Below are positions 36,026 to 49,244 of a stretch of 64,000 nucleotides of DNA, piece after piece; position 1 is the first letter of the stretch; each line of letters opens with the position of its first letter. Location: the NCBI GenBank assembly GCA_012026655.1, contig JAAILG010000745.1:1-64000 (forward strand), written 5' to 3'. The position numbers and the translations under genes were made by a program. Under the pieces are notes generated by a model that saw only the letters and a program-made list of their open reading frames with translations, had not been told where the DNA came from and made no database searches. Source of the DNA: Hydrolagus affinis (lineage: Eukaryota).

Positions 36026-37356
36026 TAAGATTTTATGTAAAATTAAAGGATTATGATTATAAATATTAGATCACCCACCTAGATTCCCTATCCCCATCTC
36101 TAAAGTCACTACATTTACTATAAGGCTCTTTGAGAAACAACAAGATGTTACAAATATCCAAGTCCTTTCCTTTTTCTAAATTTGAGCACTGTGAGACAGA
36201 ACAATACTGTACTGAGAAACAGCATGGGAATGAGTGGAAAGCAATCACATTCTCATTTATTATCTGTGTTCCGCACCTAAAATATCAGTCAGCGTCAGTG
36301 AATGTCAATATATTTACTGCCGAGAGGAAGCTTCTTCATTTTTATTTTCTATTGACTTTATTCTGCATTACACAGAAAGAGACGCGCTCTAATTATACAG
36401 TGCAAGCAGATGATGAAGAAATCAGGATATTGATCGTGACGTGAAGACCTGGGGACCTTGCACATAGTTTATTAGTTTTATTATTATTAGAAAGTGGTTT
36501 GACAACGGTAAATACCAGGGATCTATCAATTGCTGTCAAATGGTTCACAGAATTTAACTCCCAATAATTGCGAGCCCCTTCACCCCATTCAGTACCTTTT
36601 CTTTATTGTGTCTTTTTAATAAAAAAGAATTAGAGTGAAATATGATTTATGGTAAACCGATACAGCATAATCCCACACATCAGACATATCCATTATGCAC
36701 ATGCTTTTTCCTCCCCAGAAGTCTAGAAATAAAGATTTATTGCACTGTGTCAGTTTGGCTCATTGGCAGCAGTCTCGCTTCGGAGTCAGTAGATTGTGTG
36801 TTCATCCTCGTGTGTGTAGATCTCATAGGGTGTTTTGGTCAGCCAGGCGTCTGTGCCTAAGGGTATCTAAACAGATACATGAACAATTTTTGGGGTTGTC
36901 TGGAATAAAGTGTTCTCTCTCTCCCTGGAAGGACCTTTCCTGTTTTCCTAAGTCTGGAAAGCACTGTGTGCTGGAATTTTAATCAGCTAAAATCATTATG
37001 AACAATCTGGCAAGTTTTATGTTTCTAGTCCTGCAAGGAACACCCTATTAATTAGGGCTTTGGTTTGCAGGATTAACAGGAGCTGAGTGGGAAGAATCCC
37101 TCTTCATAGCCCAGGGCGTAGACTAACACTCCAATGCAGTACTGGAAGAAAGGGTCTTTGTCAGAAGTACTGTTTTTTAAAAATAAGTTGTTTATAACAT
37201 TTCTTACTGGATTTTCAAAGGTCCTATCACAAATTCAAAGAGAGAAGCAATTACTCCAAGCCCTGAATCCTCCAAATAAATTGGCCATTCGCTTAATCCT
37301 TGTCCGTGGAACATTGATGCTTGCAAAATGTCTACTATGTGTGCCAGCCATACATA

Positions 37357-37583
37357 ATAACAATAATAATAATCCTTGCATTTGATGTAGCACTTTTCAC
37401 ATCTCCTAGATGTGTCAAAGCAAGATAATTGATTGTATATATGGGTGAAACGCGGCAGCTAATTGCACACAGCAGTGTCCCACAAACAGTCGTGGATTGA
37501 AGTGACAATTTATTTTTTAATTTGTTGAGGGATTATTATTAGGCATGTGGAGTAAGGAAACTTGCCCAAGCTTTCACCCTGCC
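37357..37583 (-). mobile_element. SINE family A, 5'-truncated
   Basis: (AAT)n CCTTGCATTTGATGTAGC...GGAGTAAGGAAACTTGCCCAAG. Confidence 0.9.
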
Positions 37584-38053
37584 TGATATAAAGCACAATA
37601 ACAATGTTCTTTCTTTTCCACCTACTACAAATCATTCACTTACTGGACTCCAAATCAAAGATTCCCTTTCCTCTCTCTTTTTCTTTCCCCCTATATTCTA
37701 TGGGTTTTTTAAATGTAGGATGAGCCACACATTGATCACTGTTTCTTGAATACTTTTAATTTGGTGAAATTTTATACTGTGTGCCTTTACCATTAATCAG
37801 GTTTCTTAATAGAAGAGAAACAATGGTTTGTGGAATTGGAGAATTTATAATCTGTCATCAAGAATACAGATTGATCAGGTAAAACTGCAAACAATTATAC
37901 AGCATTTCTATTTTATTCTATGGGTCAGTAAAATCTCGCTTAAAACCTGTAAATATCCTGTAGGTGGGTACTACAACTGGCATCAATGTTCCTGAGCTTG
38001 GAAACGGAAGAAAATAGGGGGAGAGGGAGTGGGAGAACACACAACAACAACTT

Positions 38054-38348
38054 ATAATAATCATTGCATTTGATATAGCGTGTTTCACATCTTGTAGAAT
38101 GAAGAGTGTTATACTGTAAAATTGATTGACTGTATATTTTATGGGTGAAAAGCAGTAGCCAATTGCACACAACAGTGTCCCACAAACAGCTGTGGATTGA
38201 TATGACTAATTTATTATTATTTTATTTTGAGGAATTATGATCAGGCGTGTGGAGTAAGGAAACTTGCCCAAGGTTTCGCCCTGCCTGGGTCCGAACCCAG
38301 ATCTCTCACTTGCAAGGCAATTCTAACCACGGAGCTACAGGACTCCAC
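38054..38348 (-). mobile_element. SINE family A, full length, short variant
   Basis: Complete antisense copy ending GAGCTACAGGACTCCAC. Confidence 0.92.
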
Positions 38349-38445
38349 TTGCATTTATACAGCTCAGTGGCAGGGTTGGATGCTGAGCATGGGAGAAGAG
38401 GGAGGGGAAGATGACCATGGTTGGGGGGAGTGGGAGATAACTGCA

Positions 38446-38683
38446 GTTTCCTTACTCCACACACCTGATAATAATAATAATCCGTCCAAAAAAACACAAT
38501 AATAAAATTGGTCATTTTCAATCCACGACTGTTTGTGGGACATTGGTGTGCGAAATTGGCTGCCGCGGTTCGTCCACAAATACACAGTCAATTTACTTTA
38601 CAATATATTCTGTGAAGTGCTTTGAAATGTCTAGAACATGTGAAAAGCACTATATCAAATTGAAGGATTATTCTAATATTATT
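38446..38683 (+). mobile_element. SINE family A, 5'-truncated
   Basis: GTTTCCTTACTCCACACACCTGATAATAAT...AAAAGCACTATATCAAAT. Confidence 0.92.
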
Positions 38684-38689
38684 AGGTGG

Positions 38690-38945
38690 GAATAATAGAT
38701 AAAGAGGGGCTAGACGGAGAGATTGAGACAAGCAATTCTAGAGGATAGTGGGACTGAAGCCACTGCGGGCTGGTGTTATATGAGTGAAGGAGTGGGAGGA
38801 GGAGTGGGTAATGGACAGGTCAGGTAGATAGGGTAGGGCTGGGGTGTGAAGGGATTTTTATGTGAGATTAAGAATCTTGATATCGAACCCTCACAGACAG
38901 GGATTCAGTGCAGTCCGGTGAGGACTGGATTGATGGACTTGTGGA
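38690..38945 (-). mobile_element. Old L2 fragment
   Basis: GAGATTAAGAATCTTGA...GGATTCAGTGCAG is antisense of the LH-IP...IKILI region. Confidence 0.6.
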
Positions 38946-39463
38946 GGCATTCATACTCACTATCCAATGACTTGCTGGAAAAGGCATTAGAGATGAGGAC
39001 AGATGTCCGTGATCTAACAAACATGACATTTTCATTCAATGTCATGAAAAAAACACCAGTTTTTAGAGCCCTTGCTCATGCGTCACTGCACTCAAAGGAC
39101 AAGGTGAAGTTGGAGGAAGGAAATATAGCAAATTCATGCATCTTTCCTCTGTAGAGTACAACAAAATAAATGTCAGTTTTTTTAAAAAAAACTATCCATG
39201 TTAATTGCTATGTATTTGCAAGATATAATAATTTATTCATCACGCTTCCCAACAGCCTCTCAGCAATTTAAAAATCACCATTTTGGGAATGCAGAATTTC
39301 ACACTGACATCACCAACCCCATGAGGCAGCGATTGTCTTTCAAAATATATTCTTGAAAGGCACAGATAATTATGCAGCATAATACCATAGCTCTAAGCAC
39401 TTGAGCTGTTGTGTGTATTTAATAAAATCAGCTTCTGTTTGCCAAGAAGTGCTGCTCATGATA

Positions 39464-39766
39464 ATAATTATAATAATAATAATATTCTGTGCATTTGATT
39501 TGATACAGCTCCTTTATCACTTCTATGAGATTTCTCAAAGTGTCTGTTACACAGAATATATTGCAAACTGAATTGACTGTATATTTTGGGGGTGGAATGC
39601 AGAAGCCATTTGCACACAGCAGTGTCCCACAAACAATCGTGGATTGAGTGACCATTTAATTTTTTATTTTATTTATTAATTTTCTTTTGAAGGGATTATT
39701 ACCGTGGAAAAAGCAATCCGCTAATTAAGTAACAACTGGATTCCTATTTACTGCTAGATAAATAGA
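39464..39766 (-). mobile_element. SINE family A, long variant, 5'-truncated
   Basis: AACAACTGGATTCCTATTTACTGCTAGATAAATAGAG plus the antisense 3' half. Confidence 0.88.
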
Positions 39767-40151
39767 GTTAATAATTCTGAATGTGGCTAGAATATATTCA
39801 CCATAGGATAATAATTGGGTCTAAATTACAACTTTTGCAAAAGATATTGTACATAGTAAATCCTACACAAAACCGGTGTATCTCTTGAGCACTGTTTGGA
39901 TCTGATCTCAATTTGGTCTCATCTCACCATTGGAGTAAAGTGGGTATACCATTGTCTCCCCTGACTGAGCTCCAAGTGATTAATGTGGAATAGTCTCGCT
40001 GATGTGGCTTTTAATTCGATTATTCCTTGTCCAAAGCAAGCACATATGATGGCTATGAATGAAACCCCATTTCAAATACTTTGCACATAGAAAACAATTT
40101 CTTAATGTCCACATTCATATGGATGCATTTGACTGTAGATTTAGACATTGC

Positions 40152-40183
40152 CAATTCCCCATGAATTCATTCATGGGGAATTG
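40152..40183. repeat. Perfect 15-bp inverted repeat with a 2-nt spacer
   Basis: CAATTCCCCATGAAT-TC-ATTCATGGGGAATTG. Confidence 0.95.
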
Positions 40184-40207
40184 AGATCAAAGAACATGTT
40201 GACAATA

Positions 40208-40752
40208 CAGTAAAACCTCGATAATCCGGCAAGGTTGGGATCACTCACCTTCTGGATTTTGAAATTTGCCAGTACAGTAAAAGCCCGTTTATCCGGCACC
40301 CAATCAACCATGACTTCCGAATAACCGGCATCGCAAAAAAAAAAGGTCCGCATTCGATTAACCGGAATTTATCCGGAAAAATGCATTAAAAAAAAAACTT
40401 TTTTTGCGTTTTCGTCCAAATATCCAGCAGCTGCTTTAACCGGCATTGGCCAGGTCCTGAGGGTGTCAGATAAACGGGCTTTTACTGTACTTAAAACCTA
40501 CCCTAGAAATGGCTTGGGAAGCTCTGCCCCATATGCTGTAAACACAGCACTGAAGCCAAACAATGCCCGAGCTCCACCCACAGCGCCGGATGATAGAGCG
40601 GTCACACTGGGAACAACAAGCAGATGTTCTGAACTTCGGGAGATTTGACGGACATCGGAAAAAAATTAACATTGTACAGTTTATATTTTGAAAACTTGCC
40701 GGTTTTAGGGAGTTGCCGAATTTCGGAATGTCGGACTATCAAGATTTTACTG
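40208..40752. mobile_element. Tc1/mariner (Tigger/pogo-like) MITE, outer element
   Basis: TIRs CAGTAAAACCTCGATAATCCG / CGGACTATCAAGATTTTACTG, with TA on both sides (40206-40207 and 40753-40754). Confidence 0.85.
40275..40487. mobile_element. Tc1/mariner (Tigger/pogo-like) MITE nested in the outer MITE
   Basis: TIRs CAGTAAAAGCCCGTTTATCCGGCACC / GGTGTCAGATAAACGGGCTTTTACTG, with TA duplication at 40273-40274 and 40488-40489. Confidence 0.92.
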
Positions 40753-41315
40753 TATTTTGGCAAGAACCAAGACTTGTGACCCCAGGGGTATTGCTGGAGT
40801 CTGACCAACTAAAACCACATAGCGTGTTATTGAAAGCACTGTGTGGGAAACTTATTGCTGTTTATGCAGCTAGTACTTTGGCTTGCAGGGTGAATGGGAG
40901 CTGAGTGGAATGCCCCACTGCCTCCAAGTGATCTCCTCCCTGCTCTGTCAATGAGCCAGGCTGGCTGATCTGTTATCATCAATAGCACAGGTTAAATGAT
41001 TAATAATTCAGTGGTGGTTCGCCTCTCTCTTTCACAGAGATTAAAGAAGAAAAAAACATTAATTTTATTGCACTTTATCACAAATTTCTTACTGAATTTT
41101 TACTTTGATCACTATTAAGTATAGTCATTATGTTTTGTAGAGAAACAACATAGACATTTTGAACGCTGCTAGGAGCTGCAAAAAGCTCTTTGGATGAATT
41201 GTCAAACAATGTAAAGGATTGTTTGCCAGGACGATAGTAGAATATTTCCAAATAGTATCACGGGATCATTAAAAGTAATGATCCTTGCATAGATAACATA
41301 TGGTTTGGTATGGTT

Positions 41316-41349
41316 GGTCATAGAGTTAGGGTGGTCATAGAGTTAGGGT
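41316..41349. repeat. 17-bp tandem duplication
   Basis: GGTCATAGAGTTAGGGT occurs twice in tandem. Confidence 0.9.
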
Positions 41350-41589
41350 GTGGGGGGATTTGAAGATGAGAATGATTGTGTTGAATTTGATCTGTGCGGT
41401 CAGGAAGCCAGGATAGAGGTGATAGGATAATGGAGCATGGTGTGGGTGATAACATGGGCTCTTCGTATGGCACACACCCCTCCTTGAGGGGTGCTATATA
41501 AGTGCAAATTGTTGCTGTTGTTGGGCTACAGAGTTCTGGATAGTCATTAGGCTTACTTGTAATATAATAATATTCCACAATGGGCAGAT

Positions 41590-41825
41590 CCCTCAGTATC
41601 TCTATCTGATTTTATAGCTATGCCTCTCTGTAATGAATCCCTCTAATAAAGCAACGAGTTGATCACTAGCTAACCTGTCAAATCTTTTCATTGTTTTTAT
41701 GCATCAATCATCTTTTCACATACTTTAACCTCCTTTGCTCTAAGGAATAGTGTATCCTTAAGACAGGGTATACTGAACACAGTACAGCAGTCCATTTGAG
41801 GTTTAACCAGCACTTTATGTAACTG
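41590..41825 (-). mobile_element. Old CR1 ORF2 fragment
   Basis: The minus strand reads LHKVLVKPQMDCCTV (LYKALVRPHLEYC-like) and continues with CR1-like sequence. Confidence 0.6.
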
Positions 41826-42031
41826 GAGAAGCATGTCCTAAAAATACTTGTTAATGACTAATTCTATGCATGTTGTCAACAACAACAACTTGCACTGATA
41901 TAGTGCCCTCCAGCCGGACAAGGAAGAGGGATTGAAAGATTGAAACACTGTTCCAGAGTTTGGAGGCGTAGTGACTGAAAGCGTGACCTCCCATGGTGGG
42001 GTGGAGGAAACTACGCAGTATGTATCTAATG

Positions 42032-42346
42032 AATAATAATCCTTGCATTTGATATAGCGCTTTTTATATTTTCTAGACATCTCAAAGTGCTTCACAGAAT
42101 ATACTATAAAGTGAATTGACTGTATATTTGTGGGCGAAACGTGGCAGCCAATTGCGCACACCAGTGTCCCACAAACAGTTGTGGATTAAAAATGACCAAT
42201 TTTATTAATGTGTTTTTTTTGGGTGGGATTATTATTAGGCGTGTGGAGTAAGGAAACATGCCAAAGTTTCGCCCTGACCTGCCCGGATTCGAACACAGGT
42301 CTCAAGCTTGTAAGGCAAGTGCTCTAACCACTGAGCTACAGGACTC
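42032..42346 (-). mobile_element. SINE family A, full length, short variant, following an antisense L2 end at 41878-42005
   Basis: Low-divergence antisense copy ending GCTCTAACCACTGAGCTACAGGACTC. Confidence 0.94.
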
Positions 42347-43869
42347 TGTTAGCATGAATGTATAAACAAAAGAGGTAAAACAACAAAATACGCATAGTGT
42401 GCATTTCTCTGAAAGATATTGTGAGGGCAGAGTGAAAAGCATTCGACAATCTCTATCAGTTTTTGTAACTGGTCGTGTCCTATATTATATTGAAACGTAA
42501 CTGATGTTTATGTTTGTTCTTGACATCCTGTCACTGACAGTCCCATTCTACACCACCCTCCTGTATGTTGTTGGGTGGAACCTCCTTCACCAGCTACTCA
42601 ATCCTCTCTCACACTGCAAGACTTGAACTCACTGAACTGATACACAACAAAACCTGTTTCATCAGGGAAAAATTTAAAAGCAAATATTATGAGGGCAAAA
42701 TATTCTTTGGTTGATATGAATGGATTAAATGTGTCAAGAGTTTTTCCGATTTATTCTCTCCCTCCCCTCATTCAAGGCATGTGTCACAAAATGTATTTGT
42801 TTAACCGTGTTTTCAGTCACCTTTCCACTCCGTTACGCCTTCAACTCCCATTCTCAGCCTATTTAGATTTCTGAAGCGCTTTGAGGAGTTCCCATCACGT
42901 GAAATGTTTGTTATTACCATAGAAAATAATCCTTTGATAGAGTGCCTTATCTGTCATCGCAATACCTCAAAGCACTTTGCAAGATTTACTGTAAAATGTA
43001 GTGACTGTATTTAAAGGTGAACACCCAATTTACACAGAGCAGTGAGCCACAATCCATGGAGTGAGTGATCAGTTTTATTTGGGGGATTTTGAGCGTGGAA
43101 ACAGGGAGAGGCTTACTCTTCATTTTGATCAGCTCCCTCTGTTCAATGTTGTACTCAGTACACTCCGAGTAACTTCAGCGTTTTCTTTACGAGAATGAAT
43201 ACTCCCTGTGTCCACCATATGATCCAAGCGCATGACCCTCGCTTGAAAAGTATGTGCTCACTTTTCATTCCCCGCAAGTTATCATGTTGGAATTGGGACA
43301 CTTCTTCTGTCTTATTCCCAGAATTAAACTGTCACCCAAGAACCTATCCATTCAATCCATTCCTCGCAGGATCCAAACCATGTCTGACTAGAAGATGGTA
43401 GATGCTGATGAAATTCCACAGGGTAACCTGGAATATTTTTTAAAAATCTTCTATGAATATTTGAGGAATGTTTACGACTCTGGAGCTAACTTCAGTGAGC
43501 TGGTAGGTCTGCGATAAATCTAGCTCTCTGTAAAATGTACCACCTGCTCACACAGCAAAGAGGTCTTCTGAGCTGGGCAACAAGTACGATTGCACCTAAC
43601 ATATTGATTTATAGTTACTTGATCGTTCTCGCAAATTCTGCTGCACAAATTCAGCTTTCAGAACTGGGAGAATGCTTTTGATCTGTGTGCAATCTGGGTT
43701 CCTCTTTACAGTAATTGACTTGTTTTTCCATGATCTTGCTCAAGCAACAAAGTGATGGCTCTTGGATTGTTAAAAAGTGGTTCATCCACTGAGTTCTGCC
43801 TCAAACCCATCACATCTATCACACCATACTCAAAGGTTAATTTGTGAAGCCAACCGTGTAATTTTTTTC

Positions 43870-43992
43870 TGGACAGCCTCATGTCTGACACATGCAGAAA
43901 CCTATCACCATACTTAAGAGTATCCAATTCAGACTGAGAGTTCCATGCATCCCTGATCCCACCTACACATAAGAATTCCCATATTTGGAATC
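43870..43992. repeat. Unclassified interspersed repeat, copy 2
   Basis: TGTCTGACACATGCAGAAACCTATCACCATACTTAAGAGTATCCAATTCAGACTGAGAGTTCCATGCAT is homologous to about 25143-25211. Confidence 0.8.
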
Positions 43993-46900
43993 ACACAGTT
44001 GAACTTCCAGCTCTCATATCATTGCATTCGGTTGCTGGCTCACTCAACACCTTGAGACGTCCTCCCGATGTGAAAGATGCTCTATAAATGTAATTTTGTT
44101 GTTGTTGTTGTAGCTGGATATCAGCTTTACGGAATGGAGCTATACTCTATATGAATGCACTGGTGACATAGAATGAGTTTTGTGCAAGCTATATAACTAT
44201 ACCAGAGGCATGAAGTGATGGATACAAGTTCAACCTTTCCTCTGTTGTGTTCTTGATGTTAGTCACACTGCAATGTGGGATAGAGGCCAGGCAGGAAAAT
44301 ACAAGGAAGCATCACTCTGAGCCATTCTCGTACACTTCCAAGCGACTGTTCAGAGAAGGTGTATTGGAGCCAGCTACTCTCCCAACCTTCTGGTGTGAGA
44401 TTGGTGCGAGAGAACAAAGAGGACTTAAGATTTCATCTCTGGAAGGAAAGAGTGTTGGAGCAGATGCTGTGTATGACCTGAAGTAATGGGGCAAACTAGA
44501 CTGGCAGAGTAGTGATTGAATTTTTTTCTACCTTTTCATGTTCTTATGGATGGCCGTTGCTTTCAGGTGCATGTCCGTGCAGGAAAAGTGACATAAACAG
44601 CACCTTTGCATGTCTAACTCAAGGGCTTTGTGTTAAACCAAGGAAATTTCAACTCCTCTCTTTTGAACTCTGTGGCCATGCTGTGTAAATTATGCTACTG
44701 TCAGGACATAATAAATATCCAGCAGTGCAGACAGTTGCAGTGCAGCAGACATCTGGAACACATTCTAAGTTAAAAATAAAATCCAACTGAATGAAAACAG
44801 ATCCTGCTGGAAGAAGCTTGATGATGCTTTTCCTAACCTCTCGAGCCAGATTTTAATGATTACTGAACTGGGTGACACAAATTAACTGTTCTTTAAAATT
44901 TGATTGTAAGCTCTACATTTTTAAAAATGTACTGTACAAATAACTTGTTAGTAATGCATTTTTTAAGGCTCCCATACAGTACCCAGCCCTTTTTGGAAAT
45001 AATCCAGGGATGTGTTTTACCGCTTCTGGCCATATGCTTCCTTTAAAATAACAAGAGAATTGATTTTTTTTGAAAGAAGATGAAAAAAATCCTCCTCTCC
45101 CCATTTAAAAATAAAGAATGAGCCCCACTCTCTCCCTCCCAGCTTTATTGGGGTGAGTTATATCCCATCCATCTTCCCCCACTCCCACAAAAAAAACACT
45201 CCCTTTTCTCAATTATTGAGACTATAGGCCACCTCCTTCTTGTTCAGTAAACACAATATAATTACTGCCATATCCTTAAAATATTAATGTGTCGGATGCC
45301 TCTAAACCCTTCTAAAGCACAAGGCCTATTACTGCACTTAAAAGGAAAGCAATTTAATAAATTGTTGCCGCATAAAAAGCAACTCAGCTGGCACAGACAA
45401 ATCCCCTGAGGATTGTCGCGAGCCCTAATCTTCAGTGGCAGCAACCCTAGCTAAAGAGAAATGATAACTCTGGTGCTGAGTGGAAGTGCATTTACACTAA
45501 CTACTGTGAAATAAGCTGTTGTAGTATCATTAGGATTTGAAGTGTAGTTGAATCTGCGAACATCATCTTCAATCTGCTACAACAAAAAATCTTGATCTTA
45601 AAGAGACAGCATACCCTCTTGTCAGCCTGTCTCGGCTGAAAGGTGGAGCTGTCAGAAAATTCTAACCCACTCGTCACACTGCTGCAGCCTTCCCCAATAT
45701 TATTATGGAGCCTTTTTAAAAAAAAAGAAATATGACTCATGAGGAGATGTCAGGCAATTGCCGCAGCATATTTGTCATTTGCTTTGAAAGGAAAGACATT
45801 AAAAACACTATATCCGAACGCTGTCAAGATTTACAGAGCTTTACGTAGCTTTGGTTACAACAATCCTGTCTACATTGCAGTTGAGCCTAATCTTAGCCCT
45901 CCGCTAGCTGAATACTGTAATAGGAAATGTTTTAGTGTACACCACAACTCGGACAACCAATGCCGTAATTGGCACTTCATAGTTAGAAAGGGGAAAAGAT
46001 ATTAAGAGTATTGAACTGGGACGTCTAAGATGATAGCCTTCAATTGATTGTAATCTTGGTGAATGATCTTTAGTGTTAGATTCCCTCATGTACCATTAGA
46101 TTGTGATAATTTTAATATACTGCTCTTAATTGATTGTGATATCAACTTTACATATCAAACATGTACAATTATGTTCTGGTCCACTAGGCTGAAAGAGTGT
46201 CTGAATGCTAGTCTGTGTCCAGGACATTTTTTCCAGCAATGGCAAGTGACAATTGCTTAAATGCAGTCCAGCAATAATAGTGTTACCCCTGGAATGATTT
46301 GTGAGGTCTTCAAGCACTTGATATTGTGTGAAGGGAAATGAGTTGGCAAGTAAATGGAAACTATGAAATAACCCTATCAAAGGCCTGTAAATCCAGCTAA
46401 ACCTACTGAGACTCAGCAGAGTTTGAAGAAAGTACTGATAGTCTGGTTTTGAGCTCCCAACTTGATCTGACATTTGTGAACCTCTGCCTCAGCTTTTTTA
46501 ACTAAGACAGTCATTGCTGTTTCTCTCCATCAGCAGAACTAAGGTACAGACAATCACCCATTCAGATATATAAAACCATCAATAAAACGATAGAATGTCC
46601 TGATTAAATGAGCATTCGCTGGCTTTCACAACAGGATGCTGATATCCTGTTGATATAATCCCAACTCTTATAGATTAGATTTGTTAGCACTATGTGTGTT
46701 GTCATTTGGCAGGTTAGTAAAAGAAAGAATGTAGTTTATTATCAAAACAAAATCATCAGGCATCTGCAAAACAGGGCTGAAACATGATCAGACATAGCCA
46801 CACCCAACAGCAAAGATAGAAAAGAATTGCAAGGCGCTTATCAGGCAGCAATTTAGTCTTACGCAAATGACAGAATGAAGGATTATAAAGGGCTATTATA

Positions 46901-49244
46901 TTTGGTTATTTGACACTTTATGAAATTGTTCCCTTCTCTGAATCCTTTTCTGGGCTCGTCATTATATAAATACATCACATTTTCCGCCAGTTGCATCTGC
47001 TCTGCGCTGTTAGCTGTCGCTGATATGCCAGCCCTCTTCAGAAAGCAATTTGTGAAATAAAATGGCATTTACCCACACAGGCGGGAAAAACAGTTGTAAT
47101 TTCCCAGCAAGGAAAAATTAAGCGAACGGGATATGTTAATAAGTGTTTCAATCAATAATAGAGCACAACGTACTGTATAATGTCAACTGGAAAAAAATAT
47201 TCTTCATAACGAGTCTGAGAAACCTGTACTGCTTGCACCTAAAATGCCTCCTGGGTAGTTAGTTGGTGCGACACTTTATTTAGCACAATATCAGCTCATG
47301 GGTATAGAATCACACAAAAGCAATTCACATTATTTCTTTTAATGAAAATGGTTTTGTAAGGATCATTTCCAGTTGCTCGTTTATGTCATGTTGACTCCAA
47401 ACTCACACTGGTTATATAGGAAGATGACATTAGCTTGCGTACAGTAAGTCTGAAATAAGTATCACAATAGTAGTACTTGGCTGGGTTTGTTCCTAAACTG
47501 TACGTGACATTTACATTATTTTCCAGCTGCAGTAACTGCTGTCACTGCACTTGCCCTCACCCCCAGAGGAGATACTGTGTGATGTAACCAAGTGACTCTT
47601 CCCGGCCAAGCTATCAACACGCAAACACCCCTCACTGCAGAATTAGCCTCAAGCAAACTCGTGACCTGTGCTGCAAAGCAGAAATTATTCTGCATAGAAT
47701 TAGAGGGGAAAAAAAACAGGCTGTGGATGGTTTATTTCACAATTGTTCTAAAATCAAAGGTAATGGAGCAGTGCCACAAGTGAATTACTGCCAGATGTAT
47801 TAATTTTATTCAAAAAAACATAAACAATGAGCACTTTTTTTTCCCTCTGTAGTGGAAAGACTGATTTTAATTTACTCTGTCAAACAAGTCTATCCAATCA
47901 CCGGGCAAATACATACTGTATATGAACATAAAGAGTTTTTATCAATAAGAGCATCAATCAGTACTTATTTACAGGCTGCAAGATGTACTCAGCCGAGTGC
48001 TGAGGAGTAGGCTCCTTCCGGATTAAAATTGTTTATTCTAGAGTGTGTTAAAGAGAAGGAATTTGAGACCATTTAGTCTTCTTCACTATTCAGATTATGG
48101 GACCAGTCGATGCATGGAACATGCTGAGGCAAATCCCCTGGGATTCATTTTACAAGATCATCATTACACCATGCCAAGCCTCGTGATTGCTTGTGATTTA
48201 TTGCTGCTTGGCAGAACAATATAGTGGCAGCGTGTGTATAGTTTCCTTTTAAAATAATATACTCGTGTCCTGTTATTGCTGTTTGTGCGAGGTTTAAAAT
48301 TAGCATTTAGATAAAAGCGATGAAGGTTCAAAAGGCATCCATTCAATTCCATTTCCAGGCAGCATTTACAGTGAAAGCCTCACAAAAAATACGCTGATTC
48401 CAAGATAAACAATTCACAGCAAGAAACGTGTATGAAATCTAAACGTTGTAACTGTTTAAGATGAGTTAAGAGTTGCATGTTCCGCAATAATCTTCAAAAG
48501 CACAGTTTTCAAGGTATAAGGAATGCTGCACACATCAGCCAATTCTGAATGAACACTGCAAAATGCACTGGGCCAGATCATGCATAATTTATTAAAATAC
48601 AGTACGAGCTATTATGCATTGAAATGAATTGTAAAAAGCATATGCTACTGTACATTAAAAATGAATGTCATTCTTCTCGGTGAGATGGAGTTGGTTTGTG
48701 CTGTCCATCTCCGCTTGACAGCAAGCAATAAAATGTGGCCATGTCATACTCTTTCAGTCGGTTGCTCTGAACGATTGTTCTTATCAGGAAAAGTGGGGAT
48801 GATTCATGTATGAATATAAAAGAATAATGGCTATGCTGTGTTAGGGAAGTTTATCTGGGGAGATTCTCTTCCTGCAACTAGTTCCTATTTCATTGCTTGG
48901 TTTGACGGCAGCTGGAAAACAAGTCCTGTACCTTGTTGTATGACATTTAGCAGCATTTGACATTGTGTATTACTCGCATTTCAAGGTCATTGAGCATTAT
49001 ATCCGTAAGTGGAAAAGAATGAAACTTCATTCAAATGATAAGGTTGCTTTTCAGATGGTTTTAACCCAATAATCAAAGCACTCAAAGACCTGTGTTCTGC
49101 TGGATACAGAAGGAAAGCTTTTGCTTAAAGTTTAAAATATCTTTCTAACACAAATAGAATTGATAAAAGTTTTCACTAATGAGGGCTATTTATTTATGTG
49201 TTAAGGATATCGCAACTCACTTAGCAACTTTGCTTTAAATATCT

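Noticed and set aside
36130-36444. 104-aa ORF in unique sequence
   Set aside because: It has a TTG start, no recognisable domain and no clear splice signals; it is more likely non-coding sequence.
41316-41349. TTAGGG-containing duplication suggesting an interstitial telomere
   Set aside because: There are only two isolated hexamers within a 17-bp tandem duplication.
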